Positions 50,889 through 61,212 of a stretch of DNA of 64,000 nt are shown here, in pieces. The translations under genes were made by a program, and so were the position numbers. The notes under the pieces are model-generated. The model had not been told where the DNA came from. It did no database searches and worked only from the letters and a program-made list of their open reading frames with translations. Source of the DNA: an uncultured Clostridium sp. (GTDB lineage Bacteria; Bacillota; Clostridia; Lachnospirales; Lachnospiraceae); contig URNT01000011.1 in NCBI GenBank assembly GCA_900549235.1, positions 4,839-68,838 on the forward strand, written 5' to 3'. Position 1 is the stretch's first letter. Every line of letters begins with the position of its first letter.

Positions 50889-51440
50889 CTATACCGTCAT
50901 GATCTCCTTGGTCTTTTCTTCAATTGCCTTATCAATCTTTTCCACCATCTTGTCGGTAAGCTTCTGCATCCTCTCCGTTGCCTGGGTCAGATCGTCCTCG
51001 GAAATGTCTCCGGCCTTCTCCTGCTTCTTGAAGGCATCGTTTGCATCGCGGCGGATGTTGCGGATGGCAACCTTGGCGTTGTCGCCCTTTTTCTTTACAT
51101 CCTTTGCCAGTTCCTTTCTGCGGTCCTCTGTCAGCTCAGGAAATATCAGGCGGATGCAGTTTCCGTCATTGGTAGGGTTGATGCCCAGCTCAGATGTAAG
51201 GATGGCCTTCTCGATGGACTTTAAAAGGCTCTTCTCCCAGGGCTGGATCACGATCATACGGGCCTCAGGCACCGATACGTTTCCTACCTGCTGAAGGGGA
51301 GTAGGGGTGCCGTAGTAATCCACCTTGATCTTATCAAGTACATGGGGGTTGGCACGGCCGGCACGGATGGTGCCGTAGTCAGACAGCAGCACGTCCAGAG
51401 TTTTGTTCATCTTATCCTCATACATCTTTAATTCTTCCAT
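50889..51440 (-). CDS. frr: Ribosome recycling factor
   Basis: IRAGRAN, YYG, IRNIRRDAN. Confidence 0.97.
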   Translation of the reverse strand: MEELKMYEDKMNKTLDVLLSDYGTIRAGRANPHVLDKIKVDYYGTPTPLQQVGNVSVPEARMIVIQPWEKSLLKSIEKAILTSELGINPTNDGNCIRLIFPELTEDRRKELAKDVKKKGDNAKVAIRNIRRDANDAFKKQEKAGDISEDDLTQATERMQKLTDKMVEKIDKAIEEKTKEIMTV

Positions 51441-51489
51441 AAATTCCTCCTGTTAACGCAGCGCCGGGCTGCTTAATTATATTCTGTCC

Positions 51490-52191
51490 TTATGCGGTGA
51501 CGATAGTGCCGTTTATGCGGCCCTGCATGGCGTTTGCAATACCATTTTCCTCATTGAGGCTGAAGACTGCCATCGGCATCTTATGCTCCATGCACATAAT
51601 GGAAGCGGTCAGATCCACAACCGCCAGCTGCTTGTCGATCACTTCCTGGATGGAAATGGTCTCATACTTCTTCGCCTCCGGGTTCAGCTTGGGATCGCTG
51701 TCGTATACACCGTCAATGGCCTTTGCAAGAAGGATACAGTCCGCATCCATCTCAATGGCCCTTAAGGCAATGCCGGTGTCCGTTGAGAAATAGGGATGTC
51801 CTGTTCCGCCGGCAAAAAATACAACCATGCCTTTTTCAAAATATTTATTCGCTCTGTCCTTTGAAAACAGCTTGGTCATGGAGCCGCACTCAAAGGGAGT
51901 CAGGATCTGTGTCATCATACCTGCGTTCCGGAAGATCTCTGACACATAAATGCAGTTCATCACCGTAGCCAGCATACCGATCTGGTCTGCCTTTGTACGG
52001 TCAATGGCCTCGCTGGTACGGCCCCTCCAGAAGTTACCGCCTCCAATCACAATCCCCACCTGGACGCCGGCATCTACAGAGAGCTTTACCTGCCTTGCCA
52101 CTTCCTTGACCGTAGCCTCATCAAAGCCGGTCTTTTTCGGCCCGGCAAGTGCCTCGCCGCTTAATTTCAAGAATACGCGTTTCATCTCCAT
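51490..52191 (-). CDS. pyrH: UMP kinase
   Basis: KLSGEAL, GGGNFWRG, PYFSTD. Confidence 0.97.
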   Translation of the reverse strand: MEMKRVFLKLSGEALAGPKKTGFDEATVKEVARQVKLSVDAGVQVGIVIGGGNFWRGRTSEAIDRTKADQIGMLATVMNCIYVSEIFRNAGMMTQILTPFECGSMTKLFSKDRANKYFEKGMVVFFAGGTGHPYFSTDTGIALRAIEMDADCILLAKAIDGVYDSDPKLNPEAKKYETISIQEVIDKQLAVVDLTASIMCMEHKMPMAVFSLNEENGIANAMQGRINGTIVTA

Positions 52192-52353
52192 AAAAGCATT
52201 ATCTCCTTCAGTTGCAATATCTTTAGTCATTATAACATAGTTCCGCTGATTTGCAAAGAAAAAGAATTTGAGATTTCCGCCATTCTATACTATAATGATT
52301 CCGTACAGTAAATCCTTACTAACCGTACACTAACTTCAAAGGAGGAAAATATT

Positions 52354-53727
52354 GTGGATTGGTTTAACAAACGTACAAAGGAAAAGGCGGTACCCTCACC
52401 CCAGGGGCAAACGGCGCCTGCAGGCCGCGAAGCGGCAGCAGCTGGAAGCCGCCCGGAATGTACGGAGCATCTTGACCGTCTGTTCGCATCCCGTTCCAAG
52501 GGCGTGGTGTTAAAATTATATCTGGATAATTTCAAGAATCTAAACAAGACCTTTGGCTACGACTACTGTGAGGAGCTTCTTTCCCAGATCACCAAGTATC
52601 TGACAGAGGAGGCCGGGGTTTTTGTTTACCGCTACATAGGCGTAGAGTTTATCCTTATTTTAGAGGACTGCACAGAAGGCCAGGCTGTCGATCTGGCAGA
52701 TGATATTCTGGAGCGCTTTGGAAATGTATGGAAGATTCAGGGAGTGGACTGCCTCTGTTCCGCCCACATCGGCCTGTGCACCTATCCAGGACAGGCAGGC
52801 GACACCACAGAACTTCTTAAGCGTCTGGAGCTGGCTGTTTCCGCCGCCTCTGAAAACGGCACCAATCAGATAGCCGTTTATGACAGCCACCTTCACGGGC
52901 AGTTCATGCGCCGCCAGGCCATAGCCCTGTACCTTCAGACTGCTCTGGAAAAAAATGAGCTTGAAATCCGCTACCGCCCCACCTACAATCTGGAAAAGGG
53001 CCGTTTTACAAGGGCCGATTCCTATATGCGGATCTTTATCCAGGGCATCGGTATGATCGGAGCCGCGGAGTTCCTTCCCATCGCTGAGGATTCCGGCCAG
53101 ATCCGTTCCATTGGCTACTATGCCCTGAACCACGCGGGACGCTGCATCAGAGAACTTTTAGATCAGGAACGGGAGTTTGACTCCATCTGTATCCCTGTTT
53201 CCGCCGTTCTTTTAGTTCAGGAGGATTTCCTCGACCAGGTGGAAAAGGTAATCCGCTCCTATGAGATCCCGGAAGGAAAGCTGGCCCTTGAAATCAGCGA
53301 CGCGGCCCTTGGAAGCCTGTATGTAAATATCAGCATCATCATGCAGGAACTTTCCCAGCTTGGTGTAGAGCTTGTGATGAATGATTTCGGTTCCGGCTGC
53401 GCGCCTGTCAGCAGCGTGCTTGACCTGCCTATCAGTACCGTAAAGCTGGAGCGTATGTTTGTATGGCAGCTGGAGACTAATCCGGAAGCCGCGGCTGTTG
53501 CGGGAGGACTGATCCAGATCGCCAAAAACCTGGGACTGCACATCATCGCGGAGGGCGTGGAAACAGACAACCAGCTCACTGCCCTGAACGGCTATGCCTG
53601 CGAATACCAACAGGGCTTCTACTATGCTCCTACCGTAGAACAGGATGTAATGATTAAGGTAATGGGCACCACTCTGGACGAATCCAGACAGACTATTGAA
53701 GAAGAAAAACGCAAGATGCAGCGCTGA
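52354..53727 (+). CDS. Degenerate GGDEF-EAL domain protein
   Basis: IGVEF in place of GGDEF; ADSYMR in place of EALxR; NDFGSG; AEGVE. Confidence 0.85.
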   Translation: MDWFNKRTKEKAVPSPQGQTAPAGREAAAAGSRPECTEHLDRLFASRSKGVVLKLYLDNFKNLNKTFGYDYCEELLSQITKYLTEEAGVFVYRYIGVEFILILEDCTEGQAVDLADDILERFGNVWKIQGVDCLCSAHIGLCTYPGQAGDTTELLKRLELAVSAASENGTNQIAVYDSHLHGQFMRRQAIALYLQTALEKNELEIRYRPTYNLEKGRFTRADSYMRIFIQGIGMIGAAEFLPIAEDSGQIRSIGYYALNHAGRCIRELLDQEREFDSICIPVSAVLLVQEDFLDQVEKVIRSYEIPEGKLALEISDAALGSLYVNISIIMQELSQLGVELVMNDFGSGCAPVSSVLDLPISTVKLERMFVWQLETNPEAAAVAGGLIQIAKNLGLHIIAEGVETDNQLTALNGYACEYQQGFYYAPTVEQDVMIKVMGTTLDESRQTIEEEKRKMQR

Positions 53728-53747
53728 GACAAAAGGGGGACAAAACA

Positions 53748-56093
53748 GTGACCTTAAGTGAACTAAAACCCGGAGCCTGCGCGAAGATCTGCTCCGTGGG
53801 AGGACAGGGTGCGTTAAGACAGCATTTTCTTGATATGGGCCTCATTCCGGGAGCCCAGGTAACTATGGTAAAGCTGGCCCCCATGGGAGATCCCATGGAA
53901 TTAAAGCTTCACGGCTATGAACTGACCCTGCGTCTTGCTGACGCGGAGCAGATTACTATCCAGGAGACCGAAGCCATTTTACCTCCAGATCAGGAAGGAA
54001 AAAGTAAGAAACGGATCGACCATCCGGGCCTTGGAGAGTCTGGAAAATATCACTCCAAGGAGACAGAAACTCCTCTGCCGGAGTCAGAGACTCTGACATT
54101 TGCCCTGGTGGGAAACCAGAACTGCGGAAAGACCACCTTCTTTAACCGGCTGACCGGCTCCAACCAGCATGTGGGCAACTTCCCCGGAGTAACGGTGGAC
54201 CGAAAGGACGGCGTGATCCGTGGCCATGACAATACCCTGGTAACGGATCTTCCGGGTATCTATTCCATGTCGCCCTACAGCAGCGAGGAGATTGTAACAA
54301 GAGAATTTATCCTGAAGGAGCATCCAAGAGGGATCATCAATATCGTAGACGCCTCCAACATCGAGCGGAACCTTTACCTGACCCTTCAGCTGATGGAGTT
54401 AAACATCCCCATGGTCATCGCCCTCAACATGATGGACGAGGTCCGGGAAAATGGCGGCACCATCCTGATCAACGAGATGGAGGCGGCGCTGGGAGTTCCT
54501 GTGATCCCCATTTCTGCCGCTAAAAATGAGGGCATCGGCGAGGTGGTCACCCATGCGCTCCATGTGGCAAAGTATCAGGAGCGGCCTGTGCGGGTGGACT
54601 TCTGCTCCGCTGAGGGAAGCGGCAGCGCGGTGCACCGTGCCATCCACGCCATTACCCACCTGATCGAGGACCACGCGGCCCAGGCCCAGATTCCTCTCCG
54701 TTTTGCGGCAACCAAGCTTGCAGAAGGAGATCCCCTGGTTCTAAACCGGCTGGGAATGGATAAAAATGAGACAGAAACCCTGGAGCATATCCGTCTGCAG
54801 ATGGAGCGGGAACGCGGCCTTGACGCCTCCGCTGCCATTGCGGATATGAGGTTCCAGTTCATCCAGAGCCTCTGTGAGGAAACGGTGATCAAGCCCAAAG
54901 AAAGCAAGGAGCATATCAGAAGCCGGCGCATCGATGAGATCCTGACTGGAAAATATACTGCCATCCCTGCCTTTATCGGCATTATGGCCCTGGTCTTTGC
55001 TCTGACCTTCAATGTAATTGGAGCGGCCCTGGCTGATGTGCTGGATACAGGAATCACCTGGCTGACAGAGCTGGTGGACGGCCTTCTTACCTCCATGGAG
55101 ATCAATGAAGCCCTCCACTCCCTTGTGATCGACGGTATCTTTAACGGAGTGGGAAGCGTGCTCAGCTTCCTTCCTATTATTATTACCCTGTTCTTCTTTT
55201 TATCCATCCTGGAGGACAGCGGCTATATGGCGAGGGTTGCCTTTGTAATGGATAAGCTCCTTAGAAAGATCGGCCTTTCCGGGCGCAGCATTGTGCCCAT
55301 GCTCATCGGGTTTGGATGTACAGTTCCGGGAGTCATGGCCAGCAGGACCCTGTCCTCTGAGCGGGACCGGAAAATGACCATCCTTCTCACCCCCTTTATG
55401 AGCTGCTCCGCGAAGCTGCCCATCTACGCCTTTTTCACCGCTGTATTTTTCCCGGAAAATGGGGCTCTTGTGATGGTGGGGCTGTATTTCTTCGGTATTT
55501 TGACCGGCATCCTGGCTGCGTCCCTGTTAAAAGATACCCTTTTTAAGGGAGAGGCTGTTCCTTTTGTAATGGAGCTTCCAAACTACCGTATGCCTGGAGC
55601 CAAAAATGTAGCCCAGCTTTTATGGGATAAGGCCAAGGATTTCCTCCAGAGAGCCTTTACGGTGATCTTTATCGCTACCATTGTCATCTGGTTTTTACAG
55701 GCCTTTAATCTTCAGTTTGAGATGGTGGAGCAGTCCCAGGACAGCATCCTGGCCTCCCTTGCAGGTTTTATCTCCCCCATCTTCGCTCCCCTTGGCTTTG
55801 GGGACTGGAGGATCTCTACGGCGCTGATCACCGGCTTTATGGCAAAGGAAAGCGTGGTTTCCACCCTTTCCGTACTGATCCCCGGAACAGATCTGCTGAC
55901 CACTCTTCTGACACCCTTAAGCGCGGTAAGCCTGCTGGTATTCTGCCTGTTATATACCCCCTGCGTAGCGGCTGTGGCTTCCATCCGCAGAGAGCTGGGC
56001 GGAAAATGGGCGGCGGCGGTCGTCCTCGGACAGTGTATCATTGCCTGGATCATGGCCTTTATCGTCCATGGACTGGGACAGCTGTTTTTCTGA
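53748..56093 (+). CDS. feoB: FeoA-FeoB fusion ferrous iron transporter
   Basis: N-terminal FeoA (DMGLIPG...APMGDP); GNQNCGKT, NFPGVTV, DLPG; Gate domains. Confidence 0.95.
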   Translation: MTLSELKPGACAKICSVGGQGALRQHFLDMGLIPGAQVTMVKLAPMGDPMELKLHGYELTLRLADAEQITIQETEAILPPDQEGKSKKRIDHPGLGESGKYHSKETETPLPESETLTFALVGNQNCGKTTFFNRLTGSNQHVGNFPGVTVDRKDGVIRGHDNTLVTDLPGIYSMSPYSSEEIVTREFILKEHPRGIINIVDASNIERNLYLTLQLMELNIPMVIALNMMDEVRENGGTILINEMEAALGVPVIPISAAKNEGIGEVVTHALHVAKYQERPVRVDFCSAEGSGSAVHRAIHAITHLIEDHAAQAQIPLRFAATKLAEGDPLVLNRLGMDKNETETLEHIRLQMERERGLDASAAIADMRFQFIQSLCEETVIKPKESKEHIRSRRIDEILTGKYTAIPAFIGIMALVFALTFNVIGAALADVLDTGITWLTELVDGLLTSMEINEALHSLVIDGIFNGVGSVLSFLPIIITLFFFLSILEDSGYMARVAFVMDKLLRKIGLSGRSIVPMLIGFGCTVPGVMASRTLSSERDRKMTILLTPFMSCSAKLPIYAFFTAVFFPENGALVMVGLYFFGILTGILAASLLKDTLFKGEAVPFVMELPNYRMPGAKNVAQLLWDKAKDFLQRAFTVIFIATIVIWFLQAFNLQFEMVEQSQDSILASLAGFISPIFAPLGFGDWRISTALITGFMAKESVVSTLSVLIPGTDLLTTLLTPLSAVSLLVFCLLYTPCVAAVASIRRELGGKWAAAVVLGQCIIAWIMAFIVHGLGQLFF

Positions 56094-56102
56094 TCTTAGC
56101 AT

Positions 56103-56141
56103 GAAAAAGCCTCCGGTTCTCCACGAGCCGAAGGCTTTTTT
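56103..56141. terminator. Bidirectional terminator
   Basis: AAAAGCCT...AGGCTTTT stem between convergent genes. Confidence 0.7.
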
Positions 56142-57585
56142 ATTTTAATAATTGTTCAAATTCTTCTGCCGGCATGGGCTTCCCGAAATAATAGCCCTGG
56201 ATCTGGTCGCAGCCCTCCTTTTTCAGGAAATCTACGTCCTCACGTTTCTCAATCCCCTCTGCCACCACATGGATGCCAAGGGCCTTTGCGATCCTGATGA
56301 TCCCGCTGGTAACGATCCGTCCTCTCTCCTTTTCATCCTCGGAAAACATCTGACGGTCCAGCTTTATGGTGGCGATGGGGAGGCTTTTTAAGGTATTAAG
56401 GGAGGAATACCCGCTTCCAAAGTCATCCATGGAGCATTCAAAGCCCATTTCCTTCAGCTCCTTTACAAAGGTGATCAGGTTAGTGTCAGGGAGAATGCTT
56501 TCCGATATTTCAAATTCCAGAAACTCCTTGGGAACATTGTACTTTTCGTAGATAGGCATATACTTGCTGGTAAAAAATCCCCCTTCTGTAAACTGCGCCC
56601 TGGACAGGTTTACAGAGATCTTTACCGGCTTCCTTCCCTCCCGGATCCAGCCATCTATCAGCTGAAGGGCGGACTCAAAGATAAAACGGTCCAGGTTCCG
56701 TATAAAACCATTTCTCTCAAACAGCGGCAGAAACTCATACAGAGGGATCATTCCCTGATCCGGGTCACACCAGCGGATCAGAGCCTCCGCCCCGGCCAAT
56801 GTCTCATGCTTCAGCTCGTATTTGGGCTGGAGGTACATTTTAAAGTGGCCCTTTTCCAAAGCAGGCTCTCCCATACACTCCAGCTCACGCTCACGCTTTC
56901 TTCGGTCGCTAAAATTGAAATCGTAAATCTCGAAATGGGTATTGCGGTCTGCCGCATCCGGGCTGGCGGTCCGGCAGTAATTGGTCTTGTCCATAATGGA
57001 TCCCAGAGGCTCCGCCGGATCCTGGATCACATAGCCTCCGATGGAAAGAAACAGCTTTTTCTGGATCCCCAGATCCTCTTTAAAATACACAGCATCATCC
57101 AGGGCGTAGATCCGTTTGCGGAGAAGCTCTGAGTTCCCCTCCTTCACCAGAAGGTAAAAGGTATCCGCACTGGCGCGGCAGATCAGCTCCTCCTTTGTCA
57201 GAACGCCGGACAGGGCTTCATACACCTTTTTAAGGACCTGGTCCCCCACCTCTCTGCCATAGCCGTAATCGATGTGACTGAACTTCTTGATATTGATAAT
57301 AAGAAAGCTCCAGACCGTATTCTCCTCCTTCAGCTTCTTTTCCCATCTTTTCAGAAAGGTCTGGCCGTTCATGCCCCCTGTCAGGGGATCTTCACTGGAC
57401 ATTTCCAGATACAGGCACTGGTACCTGGTAAAGGCCCAGGCGCCCCAGAGGGCCAGGACAGCCCAGAAAGCAGGAATCAGGGAGGCGGCTCCCCTTCCGC
57501 CCTTCCAGATATACAGAAAGATCAGAAGAAGCATAGATGCCGCAAACAAAAGGAATCGTCTATAATAATGTTGTTTTACTTTCAA
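56140..57585 (-). CDS. Membrane GGDEF(degenerate)-EAL protein, probable c-di-GMP phosphodiesterase
   Basis: 2 TM; SADTF; intact EALIRW, DDFGSGYSS, QGY. Confidence 0.88.
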   Translation of the reverse strand: MKVKQHYYRRFLLFAASMLLLIFLYIWKGGRGAASLIPAFWAVLALWGAWAFTRYQCLYLEMSSEDPLTGGMNGQTFLKRWEKKLKEENTVWSFLIINIKKFSHIDYGYGREVGDQVLKKVYEALSGVLTKEELICRASADTFYLLVKEGNSELLRKRIYALDDAVYFKEDLGIQKKLFLSIGGYVIQDPAEPLGSIMDKTNYCRTASPDAADRNTHFEIYDFNFSDRRKRERELECMGEPALEKGHFKMYLQPKYELKHETLAGAEALIRWCDPDQGMIPLYEFLPLFERNGFIRNLDRFIFESALQLIDGWIREGRKPVKISVNLSRAQFTEGGFFTSKYMPIYEKYNVPKEFLEFEISESILPDTNLITFVKELKEMGFECSMDDFGSGYSSLNTLKSLPIATIKLDRQMFSEDEKERGRIVTSGIIRIAKALGIHVVAEGIEKREDVDFLKKEGCDQIQGYYFGKPMPAEEFEQLLK

Positions 57586-57675
57586 TGTAAAATGGCTCCC
57601 CTAGACAAAATAATAGGACAGCCGGTGGTAACTGGCCATCCTATCTATTATTATATATAATTTTACTGACGTTGT

Positions 57676-58773
57676 CTACTGATTTTCATCCACCTTCATC
57701 CAGGCAAGATCCTCTTCCAGATCCTCTCCGTGAAATTGGTGCCCCCCTTCATAGTGCCGGTGGAGCAGGTTCTCCTCCGCCCCATTCAGCCGGTAGGCGG
57801 CGCGGATAATATCTACCTGTTCATCCGCATTGACAATACCTCTGGCTCCGTTTAGATGGTCGGAAATCCCCGACTGGATCACAAGGGGCCTGGGGGCAAT
57901 AAGGGAGGCTATGTCTCCCAAATCAGCCAGACGCCACAGGCCGGGAACATAGTTGCAGCTGCAGTTGCCGTTCAGCTCTAAAAGGGCATCCCTGGCCCCA
58001 TACATATAGCCGCTTATAAGAGCCCTGCGGATTCGATCATCAAGAGCTGTCAGCCACAGGGTCTGAAGGCCGCCGCCGGAAAAGCCCAGGCAGCCAAGAT
58101 CCTCCATCTTCCACTCTCCCCGCTCCTGCACATAATCGATCAGGCGCATCAGATCCCAGGCGCACATACCTGCCACTGTAAGGCCCAGAGGCTCTGCCAT
58201 ATGGGCCTGGTGGAAGCAGGTGCCCCTCATAAAGCAATCCTCCTCATCCTTTTGAAAGGCCAGATCCCGGCGCTCCCCAAAGCCTCTCGCGTCCGGGCAG
58301 AGAGCCACAACGCCCAGCTTCGCAAGCTGCAGACCATAATCATAATGAAATTTTTCAATGGCATCGGCCACCGCAGGAATCTCCCCGCAGCCTGCCACCG
58401 TATATTTTCCGGCCCCCTGATGTCCATGGGGGGCAAGAAAGCAGGAGAGCTTTTCCTTTCCCTCTGAGGGCGGGATCAGGATGTATACAGGCATCCACAC
58501 CTCCGGTTCCACCTGAAGGATCACCTTTTCCCGGACGATCCCGTCCTCCAGGGTGATACGCTCCTCACAGCATGGAAGCAGGGGGCAGGTTTCCATCAGA
58601 TCCATACCCAGAAGGCTCCAGAGCTCCTTCTTCAGATCCGCCTTCCATTCCTGCCACTCCTCCTTTGTGGCGCCGGAAAAAGCCTTCTTTCTGGCCAGCC
58701 GGTCATATTTTTTCTTCATTCCATCCAGGCTGTCATAATATCTGCTGATGGAAATGATCCGTTTCTCACTCAT
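57676..58773 (-). CDS. Alpha/beta hydrolase (carbohydrate esterase-like)
   Basis: HGH, GFSGGG nucleophile elbow, LIAPRP, GGH. Confidence 0.8.
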   Translation of the reverse strand: MSEKRIISISRYYDSLDGMKKKYDRLARKKAFSGATKEEWQEWKADLKKELWSLLGMDLMETCPLLPCCEERITLEDGIVREKVILQVEPEVWMPVYILIPPSEGKEKLSCFLAPHGHQGAGKYTVAGCGEIPAVADAIEKFHYDYGLQLAKLGVVALCPDARGFGERRDLAFQKDEEDCFMRGTCFHQAHMAEPLGLTVAGMCAWDLMRLIDYVQERGEWKMEDLGCLGFSGGGLQTLWLTALDDRIRRALISGYMYGARDALLELNGNCSCNYVPGLWRLADLGDIASLIAPRPLVIQSGISDHLNGARGIVNADEQVDIIRAAYRLNGAEENLLHRHYEGGHQFHGEDLEEDLAWMKVDENQ

Positions 58774-59416
58774 CTTCCTTCCTCTCTCCCAGATCATACC
58801 GGAGCTGATCCAGAGCCCTCCTTAAGTGAAATGCATTGACAACAAAGAAAAGAGGGATCCCAAAGATCAGAAACAAAATGGCAAGCTGAGGAAAGAATGC
58901 TACGCTTACCGCGGCCAGGATCCCAAGAAGCACATCCTGCAAAAGCATCATGGAGGTAGCGCCCCAGTTTCCAAGAGCCATCATAAAGGCATTGACCACA
59001 GTCCGGACGGTGGTATTTTCAAAGCTCACCAGAACGACCCACAGCCACATCATGGTGATCCCATATAAAAGGGCCAGAAATACCAGTGCCGCAAGGAGCA
59101 GTGTCCCCATCATCCCTGCCAGCGGAACCCGGACACTGAATATATAAAGATCCAGAACGATCAGAGCACCTGCAAACAGACTCACAAGCCCCAGGATCAC
59201 TCCCTGACGGAAGTTGGCCCGAAATGCCTTAAAGAACATCCGCGGTACGGTGCTTCCCTCATTTCTCACCAGCTTCAGGGCCACATAGTAGGCAGCGGCA
59301 GTTGCCGGCCCCGCAGTGACCACCGGAATGCAGCAGATCAGCCATATGATATGAAGGATGATCATATCCCCCAGCTTCATTAAAAATGTAACCAACGGCC
59401 CGTCATAACGCAGCAT
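58766..59416 (-). CDS. YesL/DUF624 family membrane protein
   Basis: CCIPVVTAGPATAA...FFKAFRANFRQG. Confidence 0.88.
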   Translation of the reverse strand: MLRYDGPLVTFLMKLGDMIILHIIWLICCIPVVTAGPATAAAYYVALKLVRNEGSTVPRMFFKAFRANFRQGVILGLVSLFAGALIVLDLYIFSVRVPLAGMMGTLLLAALVFLALLYGITMMWLWVVLVSFENTTVRTVVNAFMMALGNWGATSMMLLQDVLLGILAAVSVAFFPQLAILFLIFGIPLFFVVNAFHLRRALDQLRYDLGERKEDE

Positions 59417-59420
59417 ACCA

Positions 59421-61208
59421 TCACCTCACCATTCTCTGGAGCTGCTCCATCTGATAAAAGGCACCCTTTTTCTCCATCAGCTCCTGATAATTTCCTTCTT
59501 CTTGTATCTGTCCCTTTTCTACTACTAAAATACGGTCTGCCCGGCGCACCGTAGACAGCCGGTGGGCCACAATAAAGGTGGTCCGCCCCCTGGTCAGCCT
59601 CTCCAGAGCCTCCTGAATCTCCGCCTCAGATATACTGTCAAGAGCAGAGGTAGCCTCATCCAGAATGATCACCTGAGGATCCCGGATCAGAGCCCTGGCG
59701 ATGGAGATGCGCTGGCGCTGGCCTCCGCTTAAATTGGCTCCATGCTCTTCCAGCATGGTGTCAAGCCCCTGAGGCAGCTTCTGGATCACACCAGAAAGAT
59801 TGGCAGCCTCAACAGCCCGCAAAACCTGCTCCTCTGTTACCTGATCCAGGCCGTAGGTAATATTTTCCCGGACTGTCCCGGTAAAGATCACCGGGGTCTG
59901 GGGCACTACGGAGATAAAGCGGCGGTAGGTTCTGAGATTCAAGGTTTGGATCCTTTTCCCGTCTAAAAGCAGCTCTCCTTTTGTAGGGAGGATAAAGCCG
60001 ATCAGCATATTAAGGATGGTGGTCTTACCAGAACCGGACTCTCCTACCAGAGCAATGGTCTCGCCCTGGCGGACGGTCAGATTCAGATCCTTAAGCACCG
60101 GCCCTTTCTCTCCCGGATAGGCAAAATCCACATGGCGGAAGCTGTAAGCCCCCTCTACCTGCTCCACCTGCTCCTTTCCCTCATTATGCTCCACATCATC
60201 AGAGGACAGCACCTCACCGATGGAAGAAACAGACTCAAGTCCCTTGGTAAGGATGGGAAGCAGGTTGATCAGAGCAGAAAACTGATTCACCACTGTGGTA
60301 AAGCTGGACTGGTAAAAGGTTACATCTCCCACCCGGATCATGCCAGACATGGCCATAAAGCCAGAAACTGCAAGGCAGAGCACCTGAAATACCTGGAACA
60401 CCACCCAGCTCACTGCCCCGAAATGGGCCTGGATCATATCCAGGCGGTAGCCACGGTTGGCGGTTTCCTCTAACAGGGCGCTGATGCGGGCCACTTCCTT
60501 ATCCTCCAGAGCGTGGGCCCTGGCCACCGGAACCATTTCCACCATCTCCATCACCCGGGCGCTGGTTTCCTCCATGCCCTGGCGGAAGGAACGGTTTTCC
60601 TCGTGGATCTTCTTGCGGAAGGCAACCACCGTAGCGGCGGCCACCGGAGCCACCAGAAGAAAAAACAGCAGGATCAGCCGATTTTTTACAGCCGTAATGG
60701 ACAGAGTGATCACCAGATTCATAATGATATTTAACAGGTTAACAAATAGCTGGGAGGATAATGTTTCCACTGCCTCCACATCACGCATGATCTTAGACTG
60801 GAGCCTGCCGGACTGAGTACCGGTGTGGTAGGGGATAGACAGCTCCTGGAGCTTGCGCACCAGAGCCGCCCGAAGGCCCGCCTCCGTGTTTCGGATCACC
60901 CGGCTTTTGTACTGGTTATGGAGCCAGTTGGCAGGCAGGTGAAGGCACAAAAGCCCCAGCCAGATGCCTGCGTTTAAGAGAATGGCCTGTTTTCCTGCTT
61001 CTCCCCCTTCGATTATCCCATTGATCACATTGGCAATCAGCAGGGAGGAAACAAGAGAGGGCGAATGCTTGATCACAAAAAATAAGGTAGACAGCAGAAA
61101 TTTGTGATATTGTCCCTTATAAAATTCCAACAGCACGAGAACCGAACGTTCCCCATGCTTTTTATAACAGGCTGCAAAGCGCTGCTCCATATCCTGATTA
61201 CGTTCCAT
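59421..61208 (-). CDS. ABC transporter, fused TM and ATPase (exporter fold)
   Basis: GESGSGKT, LSGGQRQR, DEATSALD. Confidence 0.92.
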   Translation of the reverse strand: MERNQDMEQRFAACYKKHGERSVLVLLEFYKGQYHKFLLSTLFFVIKHSPSLVSSLLIANVINGIIEGGEAGKQAILLNAGIWLGLLCLHLPANWLHNQYKSRVIRNTEAGLRAALVRKLQELSIPYHTGTQSGRLQSKIMRDVEAVETLSSQLFVNLLNIIMNLVITLSITAVKNRLILLFFLLVAPVAAATVVAFRKKIHEENRSFRQGMEETSARVMEMVEMVPVARAHALEDKEVARISALLEETANRGYRLDMIQAHFGAVSWVVFQVFQVLCLAVSGFMAMSGMIRVGDVTFYQSSFTTVVNQFSALINLLPILTKGLESVSSIGEVLSSDDVEHNEGKEQVEQVEGAYSFRHVDFAYPGEKGPVLKDLNLTVRQGETIALVGESGSGKTTILNMLIGFILPTKGELLLDGKRIQTLNLRTYRRFISVVPQTPVIFTGTVRENITYGLDQVTEEQVLRAVEAANLSGVIQKLPQGLDTMLEEHGANLSGGQRQRISIARALIRDPQVIILDEATSALDSISEAEIQEALERLTRGRTTFIVAHRLSTVRRADRILVVEKGQIQEEGNYQELMEKKGAFYQMEQLQRMVR

Positions 61209-61212
61209 CGGA

